The notes beneath the pieces were generated by a model. It saw only the letters and a program-made list of their open reading frames with translations. It did no database searches and had not been told where the DNA came from. From Rhodothermales bacterium (GTDB taxonomy: Bacteria; Bacteroidota; Rhodothermia; Rhodothermales; UBA10348), in assembly GCA_029249345.1 (NCBI GenBank), contig JAQWHM010000002.1, positions 20,868 through 84,867 on the forward strand: 64,000 nt of DNA. Direction: 5' to 3'. Position numbers and translations under genes: made by a program. Shown here one piece after another: positions 1-9,881 of the stretch; positions within the stretch are counted from its first letter, which is position 1, and each line of letters starts with the position of its first letter.

Positions 1-47
1 ACCCTCTCTAGATACAGCGATGGAATTAATGGATTAATGTCCTCGGA

Positions 48-455
48 TTATCCTTGATCGTGCTCACAGCTACCGTTTCTACAAGCTCGAAAATTACGTA
101 TATGAGCGGCGATGAGAAGCCCGGCAGATATAAGCGTTGCAATCCGTTCGCCTGTTTCGCCAAGAAGCTCATGAAAATATAGAGCTGAGCCAATAAGGCC
201 AGCTACACCGATTGATCCCAAAATATATACTATACGATCTTTGTGTTTCTGACAACCTATTGCAAACGCAAACATCGCAGATGGGAGTACAAACCATAAT
301 ACTGCTGCATGGAATAAATCCTCAGACATGAAGAGTGTAGGGGCCACGCTTCCACCGATAAGAAGACCTGGAGCGAGGATACAATGAGCAACACATATGG
401 TGGAACTAATTATGCCAACGGTGTCGGCGATTGATTCAATCTTAAGCAATTTCAT
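48..455 (-). CDS. MerC-domain-like small integral membrane protein
   Basis: 135-aa ORF with about 4 hydrophobic helices. The first helix carries STICVAHCILAP (Cys-x3-Cys inside TM1), as in MerC-domain proteins. Cys/His-rich C-terminal tail (ACRNGSCEHD). Motif recognition only. Confidence 0.5.
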   Translation of the reverse strand: MKLLKIESIADTVGIISSTICVAHCILAPGLLIGGSVAPTLFMSEDLFHAAVLWFVLPSAMFAFAIGCQKHKDRIVYILGSIGVAGLIGSALYFHELLGETGERIATLISAGLLIAAHIRNFRACRNGSCEHDQG

Positions 456-755
456 GTTCTTATAGGGTTAGCTATGAAGTCGAGGAAGAGGGATTATGGC
501 CCCGTACGTGGGCTGACAATTTGGCTGTTTAATACCCCATTGCAGGAGCCACCGTTCAGGAATCGGATAATCTGGGGAATTCAACAATCTCATCTGCACC
601 AAGAAAGTCCAATCTCTCTTGTTGCGTTGCGAAGCGTTGCATCAACGCAGCATTTGGCAAACAAGAGTTAAGCGATATGCCAGAGATATTTCTCTGAATA
701 TGATAAAGGACCCGCAAGTGTCATGGCCTCGATGGTGGCCAATGATGAGGAGGAT

Positions 756-1106
756 TTATCCGACTGACGGCGGACCCCTTGGAACCACACTCGAAGGGTA
801 GGTTGTCGGATGAGCCGACTCGCTCAGGTGGGTAGGTTGCTCCGATTCAAGACTCACGTACGCAGGCGTACATCTCCTGTCCAGATCTGAAGACGAGTAC
901 GTCAGCGTACTGCACAGTTCGCACTCGACTGAGTGGGATAACTGGGAAACGCTTGTACCGTCGCTCGTTGGTGCGGACTCTATTTCCGAGTGACTTGCCC
1001 AATGAATTGCAGGAAATAATGTCCCGCCTATAAAATAGAGCAGGGCAACGTATTGACTATATCTGCGCAATGAAACCATAAGCGAGCAGAAACGAACGAG
1101 CATCAT
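756..1106 (-). CDS. hypothetical single-TM protein with His/Cys motifs
   Basis: ORF 756..1190 trimmed to the internal Met-Met (cat cat at 1101-1106). One hydrophobic helix (YVALLYFIGGTLFPAIHW) followed by HSEIE and ECELC. No family recognised, and coding status is uncertain. Confidence 0.25.
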   Translation of the reverse strand: MMLVRFCSLMVSLRRYSQYVALLYFIGGTLFPAIHWASHSEIESAPTSDGTSVSQLSHSVECELCSTLTYSSSDLDRRCTPAYVSLESEQPTHLSESAHPTTYPSSVVPRGPPSVG

Positions 1107-1427
1107 CTCAAAGCGATGATATTTCGGGGAGAATTCTGAGGTGGAAAAAGATAAATTGAATTCGCGAGGTTCACAACCCATTAACGACATGTGTGCTCCC
1201 GGTGGTCTTCGAAGATTTCTTGGTTGGGTTTCCGAAGACGGTTTCGAGGAGTCTCAAACAGCTAACAACGGCCCCGGCTAGGCTAGATGTTCTCTCCACA
1301 CACAACAAGCGCAGGTTGCGGGCTCGCAAAGACTGGCAGCGCCGGTTTGTATGGGTTAGATTCTGAAAGGAAGCATTGATGCTCGCCTCCCATCTAGCAG
1401 TCCAACATTTCTGAGAGCCACGTTAAA

Positions 1428-2615
1428 ATGCTAAAGAGAATGCGCCAATTGATCCAGGTTTTTGCAATCGGAATTGCTGTATTACACCTCCTTGGTTTTC
1501 AGGTGCAAACCGATGAGGATTCGGCCGAATCCACTCAGCAAGTTCGTGACTCTGAACTGGTGTTTTCGGAATTAGACATCAACCAGACGAATCGAGGTAC
1601 GATCAATATTAACGGCTACGACCGCCATTTTTCGGTTACGTTTCCCACTTCGTACGATCATACTGTTTCGTATCCAGTTGTTCTGTTGTTTCATGGCTGT
1701 ATGTGTCGTCCCAGTTTTACGGATGAAATGATATTGAGCTATCTGGATTGGAAGCCGAGGCAGGAATCGTATAAAGAGGACTTTATCACGATAAAGATGT
1801 CGGCGTTTTCTGAAAAAAAGCCGGAAACTCCGCAAGAGGTTGAAGAGGGCGGAGCTCGTGGTATGTGGCTCTGGCACGAAAAAGCAACGTCAAATCGCGA
1901 CGACTACGTGTTTGTTGATAGGTTGCTGGAAGAACTACACGTGTCATCCGAAATCAATATCGATTCGAACAACATTTTTGGTGTTGGTCATTCATCTGGG
2001 GCCATCTTTTTGATGTCGTACGTTCTAGGTGGTCCGCCCGACCTATCTGAGCTAGCTATAAATGATGGTTATGCCTTCAAAGCCATTTCGGTGTCGGGAG
2101 GATCAACATTCCGAAAAGGGGTGGTCGACTTTAAAGAAAATACACCCAGTACGTTGCCATCTGTCTTACACATTCAGGGCGAGCGGGATCAAGGTTTGTG
2201 GTTTAACGGACAAGAAACGGGAAAGAGCGGAGTCAATTTCTTAGAATTCTCGCGACCATCTCCGCCTACTATTATTGACGGCCTGCGAGATACCAATCAC
2301 GGACTAACGTTTTCGGCGTGGGACGAAAACGATCCTTCAAAGCCCAGTACGCTTCATAAGTGGGCCAAAAATCTCAACCTCGAATACTCGGGCTTCAAGG
2401 AGTACCCAAAATACTACGTCTATAATTTTGCCCCGGAATCAGCGTCTGAAAAAGTGCTTACGGGTATTAGGATCAAGGAATGTGGGCATGGTGTGGCCGC
2501 GGATCAGTACCAATCTGACTTCTTCCGAATATTTTCAGTTCATAACGGCAACCGGAGTGATTTTAACGCGGCCATTTCTCGAGATACGGATATGCTTTTT
2601 TGCGGACCGCGATGA
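1428..2615 (+). CDS. secreted alpha/beta-hydrolase-fold esterase
   Basis: N-terminal signal-like hydrophobic segment (LIQVFAIGIAVLHLLG). VVLLFHGC oxyanion-type strand and a GVGHSSGA nucleophile elbow (G-x-S-x-G). Confidence 0.55.
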   Translation: MLKRMRQLIQVFAIGIAVLHLLGFQVQTDEDSAESTQQVRDSELVFSELDINQTNRGTININGYDRHFSVTFPTSYDHTVSYPVVLLFHGCMCRPSFTDEMILSYLDWKPRQESYKEDFITIKMSAFSEKKPETPQEVEEGGARGMWLWHEKATSNRDDYVFVDRLLEELHVSSEINIDSNNIFGVGHSSGAIFLMSYVLGGPPDLSELAINDGYAFKAISVSGGSTFRKGVVDFKENTPSTLPSVLHIQGERDQGLWFNGQETGKSGVNFLEFSRPSPPTIIDGLRDTNHGLTFSAWDENDPSKPSTLHKWAKNLNLEYSGFKEYPKYYVYNFAPESASEKVLTGIRIKECGHGVAADQYQSDFFRIFSVHNGNRSDFNAAISRDTDMLFCGPR

Positions 2616-3397
2616 TATCGCTCCTTGGGATAATGAGGTAGGCACTTCGCCAGCCAAGTGAACCGGCTTTAGATCGGGGAAACCATTTTCAGCTACAAGT
2701 CTGCAAGGTCTTTAATGTCTGCAATGGCCATTTCCGAGTAATCTTTGAGGGCAGTCATTGAAACATGCAGTCCAAAACTCATGTACAAATGGTTGACATA
2801 TGCCTGCTGGATTTCTTTCTTGAGGACCTATGCCACACCTTGATTTTGAGTAATTGGACTGAGAGCTGGAGAGTTGAATAAGATGGTACCTTACCTTTGC
2901 TGAATTAGGTGCCTAACACGCCAAGATATTGCTCTTAGTAGAACGTAAAAATGATCTGACTTGTTATGACGTAAAGGAATTGGTTCAGGACTTTTAATCG
3001 GTATTTTTGTGGGTATTGTCTTTGACAATATTGCGCTGGGAATCCTGTTTGGATTGTTATTTGGTGGGTTTGTTGACCATCAGCGAAAAAAAGAACCATC
3101 TGATTCCGAATGATTGGCGCTTTAGTTCTACACCCCGGGATCGGTGAAGTATAGTCTTCGACCAAATGAGACTTTTTGCAAGCCGTAATCGGTTTGGCCT
3201 TCCTGTTTCACTCCCTAGTTTATGACAGCTCAACACGCTCGTCGTTTTCTACCGCTTGTCCTCAGTGGTACAATCATGGGGGTGTTCGTAGGACCCACTT
3301 TCTGACAAACAATGTTGGTCAGCCTGAAGCGCGTTTGCTCTTACCAAATCGGCTGGCCGACATCTGGCATCCAATAAATAATCCATTTAGAACATCC

Positions 3398-4648
3398 TTG
3401 AAACGATCCTATCTGCTTTTACTTGCCTTGGTCCTCACCCTTCCTGTGAAAGGACAAAGCAGTATTCTTGCTGATGAGCAGGTTCGTACTGCGCTTGCGG
3501 GCATCGAGACGAATTACGCTCAGTATGTAGATCTCCAGATCACGATATCTGAAATTCCTGCTCCGCCTTTTGGTGAGCATGAGAGAGCCGTCTTCATGCG
3601 CGATCAATTTCGGTCTAGAGGTATCACGAGTGCTCATATCGATTCTGAGGGAAATGTTATTGCTCTGCGTCCGGGATCAATCGATAGAACATTGGTTGTG
3701 AGCGCCCATCTCGATACTGTTTGGCCCTTAGAAGACGATGTCACGGTCAAAAGAGATGGGGCAAGATTGATGGGTCTTGGGATATCTGACGATGCAGCGG
3801 GCTTGGTGTCCTTATTAGGCCTGCTGGATGCCTTAGAAGCGGGTGATTTCAATACGGAGAGCCATATCCTCTTTGTTGCAACAGTCGGAGAGGAAGGGAT
3901 TGGAGATTTACGCGGCGTCAAGTATCTGTTTCGCGAAGGCTCTTATGCAAACAAAATAGATGCATTCATTTCTGTTGACGGCGCCGGAGGCGATCGAGTC
4001 GTCAATGGAGCAACAGCAAGTAAGCGCTACAAGATCACAGTGATTGGCCCGGGTGGCCATAGCTCAGGAGCATTTGGCATCGTGAATCCCGCTCATGCGC
4101 TTGGAAACATCATATCCCATTTTGCCGCAACAGCTGTCCCCGTTGAGCCTAAAACGACGTATAGTATTGGTCGGATAGGCGGCGGTATTTCGGTGAATAC
4201 CATACCAGACAGCGTTTGGATGGAGGTGGATATGCGTTCCAAAGAGGTTGCGACCCTAGCTGAGTTGGAAAAAACCTTCCTGAGCGCAGTAGATATGGGT
4301 GTAAATCAGGAAAATGTCTTCCGCTCGGCTTCCGGGACACAACTTGAAGTGGATAAAAAGGTGATCGGTGATCGTCCGACCGGAACGACTTCAGAAGAAT
4401 CTGCCATTTACCGTGCCGGATTTCAATCGTCAGTTTTGGTCGGCGGCGAACCCTTTTCTGGAACATCAAGCACGGACTCTAACATTCCGATGAGCCTGGG
4501 CATACCAGCCGTGACCATAAGCGCAGGAGGCCTTGGTGGTGGCGCGCACAATGTGGATGAATGGTACGATTCGACCGACGCGCACATAGGCCTGCAACGC
4601 CTGCTGCTGATGGTTTTACTCTTTGATCAGTATTCCTCTGTGGAATAG
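3398..4648 (+). CDS. M20/M25/M40 family metallopeptidase (secreted)
   Basis: Motifs SAHLDTVWP, GISDDAAG and VGEEGIGDLRG (metal-binding His/Asp/Glu-Glu pattern of M20). I moved the start to the in-frame TTG at 3398, which gives a signal peptide KRSYLLLLALVLTLPVKGQS. The ORF-track start at 3176 adds 74 aa that do not look like protein. Confidence 0.8.
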   Translation: MKRSYLLLLALVLTLPVKGQSSILADEQVRTALAGIETNYAQYVDLQITISEIPAPPFGEHERAVFMRDQFRSRGITSAHIDSEGNVIALRPGSIDRTLVVSAHLDTVWPLEDDVTVKRDGARLMGLGISDDAAGLVSLLGLLDALEAGDFNTESHILFVATVGEEGIGDLRGVKYLFREGSYANKIDAFISVDGAGGDRVVNGATASKRYKITVIGPGGHSSGAFGIVNPAHALGNIISHFAATAVPVEPKTTYSIGRIGGGISVNTIPDSVWMEVDMRSKEVATLAELEKTFLSAVDMGVNQENVFRSASGTQLEVDKKVIGDRPTGTTSEESAIYRAGFQSSVLVGGEPFSGTSSTDSNIPMSLGIPAVTISAGGLGGGAHNVDEWYDSTDAHIGLQRLLLMVLLFDQYSSVE

Positions 4649-4752
4649 CCGGGCGTTCACGTGTCCCACAAAACTCCTATTTTCTGTTATCATACCGAAT
4701 ACTCGCCGAACAACAGCGAGCCGCAGAAAACTGGCATTTACACCCATTTAAC

Positions 4753-5175
4753 GTGAATCAATCCCTTATCCATGTCGCCCTTGTTGTAGATGATTACGAC
4801 GAAGCGATTGCATTTTTTACTCAGACGCTGAGCTTTGAACTAGTAGAAGACACGTATCTCGAAGATCAGGGTAAGCGATGGGTAATTGTAGCTCCGCCGG
4901 GTTCGAAAGGAGCTACTTTGCTGCTAGCAAAAGCTTCAACGCAGGAGCAACGTTCAAGGGTCGGAAATCAAACAGGGGGTAGGGTGTTCTTATTCTTGCA
5001 CACGGATGATTGCCGGCGAGATTACTCAACAATGAAAGCTAAAGGGGTCTCATTTGTGAGAGAACCTACCGAGTTTGATTATGGAACAGTTGCTGTTTTT
5101 GAAGACCTCTATGGAAATAAGTGGGATTTGGTTCAATCGAATGAGAACCACTCTATGCACGGCAAAGGTATTTAA
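4753..5175 (+). CDS. VOC (glyoxalase/bleomycin-resistance) family protein
   Basis: 140 aa, GTG start. Typical VOC beta-alpha-beta-beta-beta pattern (IHVALVVDDYDEAIAFF ... FEDLYGNKWDLVQ). Confidence 0.8.
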   Translation: MNQSLIHVALVVDDYDEAIAFFTQTLSFELVEDTYLEDQGKRWVIVAPPGSKGATLLLAKASTQEQRSRVGNQTGGRVFLFLHTDDCRRDYSTMKAKGVSFVREPTEFDYGTVAVFEDLYGNKWDLVQSNENHSMHGKGI

Positions 5176-5328
5176 CGAGCGCTTCCTTCGGGCTCCAACA
5201 ATCGGCTAAAGGCGGTAGAACTGCTCGCTTTGGCACAGCGATCCCATGCGAAACATAGATCTGCCGGCTTTCATATTATTGAGCCTTGATGCGTTCTACT
5301 TTCCTGAATCTCAATTCTCCTTTCGTCC

Positions 5329-5826
5329 ATGGACTCTCCTACAAGAATTACGTCTTATCAGGATAAATTTGCTTCGGATTTTGCTCGTCTTAACCGTGAA
5401 TGGTTGGATGCCCATGATCTTTATGAAGAGGAAGACGGAGTTCATTTGTACACGCCAAATGAATCCATTTTAAGCTCTGGAGGGATGATTTTTGTTGCCT
5501 TGCAAGGGGAACGAGTAGTTGGAACGTGTGCCCTTGTTAAGATATCGCAAGTTGAGTTTGAGCTCATCAAGTTAGCTGTCGACCCCAAGGTGCGTGGCCA
5601 AGGTCTAGGCCGCAGATTGACTGAACACGCGATTCGGCAAGCGCAACGGTTGGGCGCTACGAAAGTGTCGTTGCTGTCTAGCACGAAGCTTACTGCAGCC
5701 GTTAAACTGTACCAATCCATGGGATTTGTTGAAAAGTCACTTCCCGAAAGCCAGCCGTATTTGACCGCTGATCTGTATATGGAACTGGACCTTGCTATAC
5801 CGTACTTAGCTAAGCCGGTAGTGTAA
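5329..5826 (+). CDS. GNAT family N-acetyltransferase
   Basis: Acetyl-CoA-binding motif VDPKVRGQGLGRRL and C-terminal LYQSMGF typical of GNAT. Confidence 0.8.
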   Translation: MDSPTRITSYQDKFASDFARLNREWLDAHDLYEEEDGVHLYTPNESILSSGGMIFVALQGERVVGTCALVKISQVEFELIKLAVDPKVRGQGLGRRLTEHAIRQAQRLGATKVSLLSSTKLTAAVKLYQSMGFVEKSLPESQPYLTADLYMELDLAIPYLAKPVV

Positions 5827-5934
5827 GACTATAATTGATCTAAATAAGTGCTTAGAAACAGGAATTCTATCTATTCAGCGGTTGCTTGCCTAATCCTACA
5901 GGCCTGCTAGCGGCCTTTACACTGTCTCCAACGA

Positions 5935-6707
5935 TTGAACACGATGAAAAAGCTCTCCCCTCTATTCTTAGCTCTTTTTCTTACCTCTTGTACGAACAAT
6001 TCTGAATCCTCTCATTCTGAATCCTCTCATTCGGAGTCGCCTCACTGGTCGTACGCAGGAGCTACGGGACCGGAATACTGGGCTTCATTAAATGCCGATT
6101 ATCAGCTATGTGGAGATGGTATGGCCCAATCTCCTATAAACTATCTGCATTCACCGAGGCAGATCTAAGCCCTCTTGAAATTGCCTATGTCGATGGTGGA
6201 TCTTCCATTGTGAACAAGGGCCATACGGTTCAAGTCAATGTTGACGCTGGGAGTATGCTCAGTGTAGACAATCAATCATTTGAACTTCTGCAGTTTCATT
6301 TTCACTCTCCGAGTGAGAACACGATTGAAGGGGAGTCCTTTCCGATGGAAATGCACTTGGTCCATGCAAATGAAGAGGGTAAGCTTACTGTACTGGCCGT
6401 ACTTTTTGAGTTGGGAGCAGAAAATAGTGCCCTTGAGTCCATTTGGGGCCGTGAGCTAGATACCGTGGAAGAAGCTTCTGCAATCGAGCCCTTGTTTAAT
6501 GTTGAATCTTTGCTTCCCGCTGATCGTCAGTATTATCGATTCGATGGTTCGCTCACCACTCCACCGTGTAGCGAGGGAGTAACGTGGTTGGTTTTGGCGG
6601 AGCAGGTTTCAGTAACACAGGATCAAGTTGATTGGTTTTACGACTTGATGGGTGAATCAACGAACAGGCCCGTGCAGATGATTAATGATAGACTGATCTA
6701 CAACTAG
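5935..6707 (+). pseudogene. alpha-class carbonic anhydrase lipoprotein, frame-disrupted (1-nt deletion near 6141/6142)
   Basis: ORF 5935..6168 supplies the lipobox (LTSC) and HWSY..GPEYW..LCGDGMAQSPIN. ORF 6108..6707, in a different frame, supplies LSPLEIAY..QFHFHSPSENT..EMHLVH..GSLTTPPCSEGVTW. Joined, they form a colinear alpha-CA. Confidence 0.85.
6001..6045 (+). repeat. 15-bp tandem repeat x3 encoding a SESSH/SESSH/SESPH linker
   Basis: tctgaatcctctcat appears twice exactly (6001-6015 and 6016-6030), followed by a diverged third unit tcggagtcgcctcac (6031-6045). It lies between the lipobox Cys and the CA catalytic domain. Confidence 0.9.
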
Positions 6708-6746
6708 TAAGCAAGACAGCTACTCGTCGTTAGGTACTTCTCGGTC

Positions 6747-8357
6747 CTAATTGGAGGGTCCTTTCGAGCACGGTGGTGGCGAATCACCTGATGATGTGTT
6801 AAGCGTTTTTGCTAGCCATGCATCGCGTTGCTTTAGGATTTCTGCACGTTCTTCCGGGGACTTTCGGCGCAGATTGGCTACCTGGAATCCCATGCGACGG
6901 TTGGCCGCAAGAAGGTCTTCGTGTTCCATGAGGTAGGACCAATACAACGTGGTAACGGGGCAGGCATCGTCTCCGGTTGCTTTTGATGGTTGGAAACGGC
7001 ACCCTGAGCAGTAGTTACTCATGCGATCCACGTATCGACCCGAGGCGATATATGGTTTGGTAGCAACCACGCCACCGTCTGCAAATTGGCTCATTCCGAT
7101 GGTATTCGGCAACGTGACCCAATCATATGAATCAACAAATAATCCCATGTACCATTCGTGGATTGCCCATGGCTGCGTACCTGCAACCAGCGCATATAAC
7201 CCGGTAACCATGAGACGCTGAATGTGATGAGCGTACCCATGTTCAAGAACCTGTTTAACCACCTGGCGAACACACTGCATATCGGTTTCTGCCGTCCAAT
7301 AGAAGTCGGGAAGTGGATGCTCTGCATGCATAGCATTTCGAAGCCCGTATTCGGGTCCTTCCAGCCAGTAGACTCCTCTGATGAACTCACGCCAGCCTAG
7401 GATTTGTCGAATGAAGCCCTCTACGGCGTTTATGGGGGCATCTCCACGCTTCCAGGCTGCTTCAGCGGCCTCAATCGCCACACGCGGATCAATCAGTTGG
7501 AGGTTCATCGCGGGTGACAAAAGCGCATGGAAAAGCCATGGCTCGTCTGTCCACATTGCATCCTGTCGGAGACCAAAGTTTGGAAGGAGATGGGAAATAA
7601 AATGATCGAGTACCTGTTGCGCTTGGTCTGGCGTGACGGCCCATCCAAATGATTCGGATGATCCGGGCAGATTGGGAATACTTTCTCTGATGTCACGAAT
7701 GGTCTGGCGCGTGATTTCATCCGGCTCGAATCGTAGTGGATCTGGGACTAGGCCGGGCCCTGCTTTTCCAAAGGTCCCTCGGTTGTCCGCGTCATAGTTC
7801 CAGGTACCACCTGCTGGTCCATTTCCTTCCATAAGCCAACCGGTATCCTTGCGCATCTTCCGGTAAAAATGCTCCATAACAAGCGTTTTACGTCCAGAAG
7901 CCCAAGATGAAAAGGAATCTGGTGAACTTAGGAAATGATCATCTTCCAGAAATTCTAGAGGGGTAGTAGTGACCTTAGAGACCTGCTCAAAGGCCTCAAT
8001 CAGGTCATATCTATTGGGTCTGATCATCCGGATTGCTTGCGGGCGATACAGTTCGACGGCCTGAAGCAAGATGTCGCCAAGTGCATCCGCACCTCCCTTC
8101 GTGACGGGATGATAGCCGAGCCTGAACCCGCCATTCCGGAGCGACTCTGCCAGGTGGCGCATGGCCGAAAAAATGAGCGACAGCCGTTGGATATGGAATG
8201 AAAACCGAGTGGCTTCCGATCTGGACTCTCCCATCACGATGACGTCTTCAATCGCATCGGCTTCACGCAGCGCCGCGCCATTCGGATTAAGCTGATCCGG
8301 GCAGATGAAGATCAAATTGCGCGTTTGGGGAAGCGTAGTCATCGACCTAAAAGGCAA
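6747..8357 (-). CDS. FeS-cluster cryptochrome/photolyase family protein (FeS-BCP, PhrB-type (6-4) photolyase-like)
   Basis: 536 aa. C-terminal Cys pattern C-x88-C-x2-C-x13-C (QCVRQ ... YCSGC ... ACP), which by my recollection matches the four 4Fe-4S ligands of Agrobacterium PhrB. N-terminal LIFICPDQLN and WREF/LYW motifs of the COG3046 photolyase-related family. Confidence 0.85.
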   Translation of the reverse strand: MPFRSMTTLPQTRNLIFICPDQLNPNGAALREADAIEDVIVMGESRSEATRFSFHIQRLSLIFSAMRHLAESLRNGGFRLGYHPVTKGGADALGDILLQAVELYRPQAIRMIRPNRYDLIEAFEQVSKVTTTPLEFLEDDHFLSSPDSFSSWASGRKTLVMEHFYRKMRKDTGWLMEGNGPAGGTWNYDADNRGTFGKAGPGLVPDPLRFEPDEITRQTIRDIRESIPNLPGSSESFGWAVTPDQAQQVLDHFISHLLPNFGLRQDAMWTDEPWLFHALLSPAMNLQLIDPRVAIEAAEAAWKRGDAPINAVEGFIRQILGWREFIRGVYWLEGPEYGLRNAMHAEHPLPDFYWTAETDMQCVRQVVKQVLEHGYAHHIQRLMVTGLYALVAGTQPWAIHEWYMGLFVDSYDWVTLPNTIGMSQFADGGVVATKPYIASGRYVDRMSNYCSGCRFQPSKATGDDACPVTTLYWSYLMEHEDLLAANRRMGFQVANLRRKSPEERAEILKQRDAWLAKTLNTSSGDSPPPCSKGPSN

Positions 8358-8645
8358 ATGGAAAAAGGGAGAGTCGCTAGGAGTGGGCTACCTGTCGCAC
8401 GGCTGAGTGTCTGCTGGGGAAACTCTTTAATAAAAATGCGAGCAAAAAACCGATGTCCGGACTCTGGAAGTTTGATCGATAAAGAAGCGAGATCATACGA
8501 CACCATGACAATAAAAAAGGTCCCATCAATTACCTTATTGATCGAGACTCGGCTCGGTATTGATTTCGCACGGGTGCTGTGGTGATTTTAAGTCGGTGGT
8601 CGTGTTGTTTTTAACTCAGACGGATGCATATCCAAGCGCAAGTGA

Positions 8646-9881
8646 ATGGAGAATCTAGAACAGTGTGATATAGGTATTGTGGGAGCTGGAGCGGCAGGCT
8701 TAATGGCTGCTATTTGGGCCGGAAGGACCCATCCTGGTCGATCCATTGTTTTGTTGGATGGCGCAAAAAAGTTGGGTGCTAAGATTCTCGTCGCCGGTGG
8801 TGGGCGCTGTAATGTCACGCATTACAAAGTAGATTCGAAACGGTATGCCGGATCCTCGAGCTCAGCAATCGCAAAGGTGCTGAGGCAATTCGATGTCTCG
8901 GAAACTGAGCAGTTTTTTAAAGAGCTAGGTGTGACGCTCAAGCGCGAAGAAACGGGCAAGTTATTTCCTACTACCGACCGCTCTAAGGATGTCTTAAATG
9001 CCTTGTTGAGGGCTGCTGAAAAGGTAAATATTACGATCCGGTACCCACGTCGAGTTAATGATGTGGGGCGTACATCAGCTGGTTTTTTTGTGAGTGGAGA
9101 GTGGGGGCGATTAGAATGTGAGCAGCTTGTTCTTGCAACGGGTGGTAAAAGCCTCCCGAAGTCCGGTTCGGACGGAAAGGGGTTCGATTTCGTACGCACC
9201 TTTGGTCATGAGGTCACAAGGACGTTTCCGGCCCTTGTCCCCCTGAACTTGCAAAAGCATGATCTGATTTGCCAGTTGAGTGGGATCACGCTTCCAACGA
9301 CGATACGGCTGCATTCCAACACCGGAAAGCGCATTATTGAGTTCACGAATTCAACGCTCTGCACCCATTTTGGTCTGTCTGGGCCATCCGTCTTAGATAT
9401 TAGTCGCTACTTTTTGGATCTAAAATCTAGCGATCCAGAAGCATACCTATCCATTAATTGGCTCCCAGGTACCTCTCAGAACGACCTTGAGGAAGATATA
9501 CGCTCTTTGGAGCATCGCTCCGTTCGTAAGTACGTACAGCGTAGTGCACTACCAGAACGATTGGTAAAGATGCTTTTTACCTATTGCGAGATTGATTTCG
9601 ATGTTCTCGGTGATCAGCTTCAGCGAGGTCAACGTCGACGTCTTGTACAAGCTATAACTGAAATGCGCCTCAAGATAACAGGGAATAGAGGTTATACCTT
9701 TGCGGAGGTAACGGCTGGAGGGGTGCCCTTGAGCGAATTGTTCCTCCAGCGTATGGAATCTCGGACGTGTCCGGGCCTCTATTTGTGTGGCGAACTATGT
9801 GATGTGGATGGACCCATTGGCGGATTTAATTTTCAATGGGCGTGGGCCAGCGGTTATGTGGTTGGGACCTCGCTGCGGTAG
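8646..9881 (+). CDS. HI0933/BaiN-family NAD(P)/FAD-dependent oxidoreductase
   Basis: N-terminal dinucleotide fold DIGIVGAGAAGLMAA, followed by the GGGRCNVTH motif typical of the HI0933-like flavoprotein family. Confidence 0.8.
   Translation: MENLEQCDIGIVGAGAAGLMAAIWAGRTHPGRSIVLLDGAKKLGAKILVAGGGRCNVTHYKVDSKRYAGSSSSAIAKVLRQFDVSETEQFFKELGVTLKREETGKLFPTTDRSKDVLNALLRAAEKVNITIRYPRRVNDVGRTSAGFFVSGEWGRLECEQLVLATGGKSLPKSGSDGKGFDFVRTFGHEVTRTFPALVPLNLQKHDLICQLSGITLPTTIRLHSNTGKRIIEFTNSTLCTHFGLSGPSVLDISRYFLDLKSSDPEAYLSINWLPGTSQNDLEEDIRSLEHRSVRKYVQRSALPERLVKMLFTYCEIDFDVLGDQLQRGQRRRLVQAITEMRLKITGNRGYTFAEVTAGGVPLSELFLQRMESRTCPGLYLCGELCDVDGPIGGFNFQWAWASGYVVGTSLR

Noticed and set aside
474-801. Plus-strand ORFs 474..671 and 619..801 in the gap between the MerC-like gene and the next minus-strand ORF.
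   Set aside because: They have no recognisable motifs, they overlap each other, and they are Arg/Trp-rich. I treat the region as non-coding. It contains a short gcgttgc x3 repeat and a 6-bp hairpin, which I could not interpret.
2690-2900. Minus-strand degenerate reading frame ...SPALSPITQNQGVA-TAG-VLKKEIQQAYVNHLYMSFGLHVSMTALKDYSEMAIADIKDLADL*.
   Set aside because: It has no start codon and an in-frame TAG, and I could not recognise a family. It is probably a gene relic in the gene-poor 2616-3397 stretch, and there is too little evidence to annotate it.
3176-3397. 74-aa N-terminal extension of the M20 peptidase given in the ORF track.
   Set aside because: The extension does not look like protein and would bury the signal peptide. 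An in-frame TTG at 3398 gives a normal secreted precursor.
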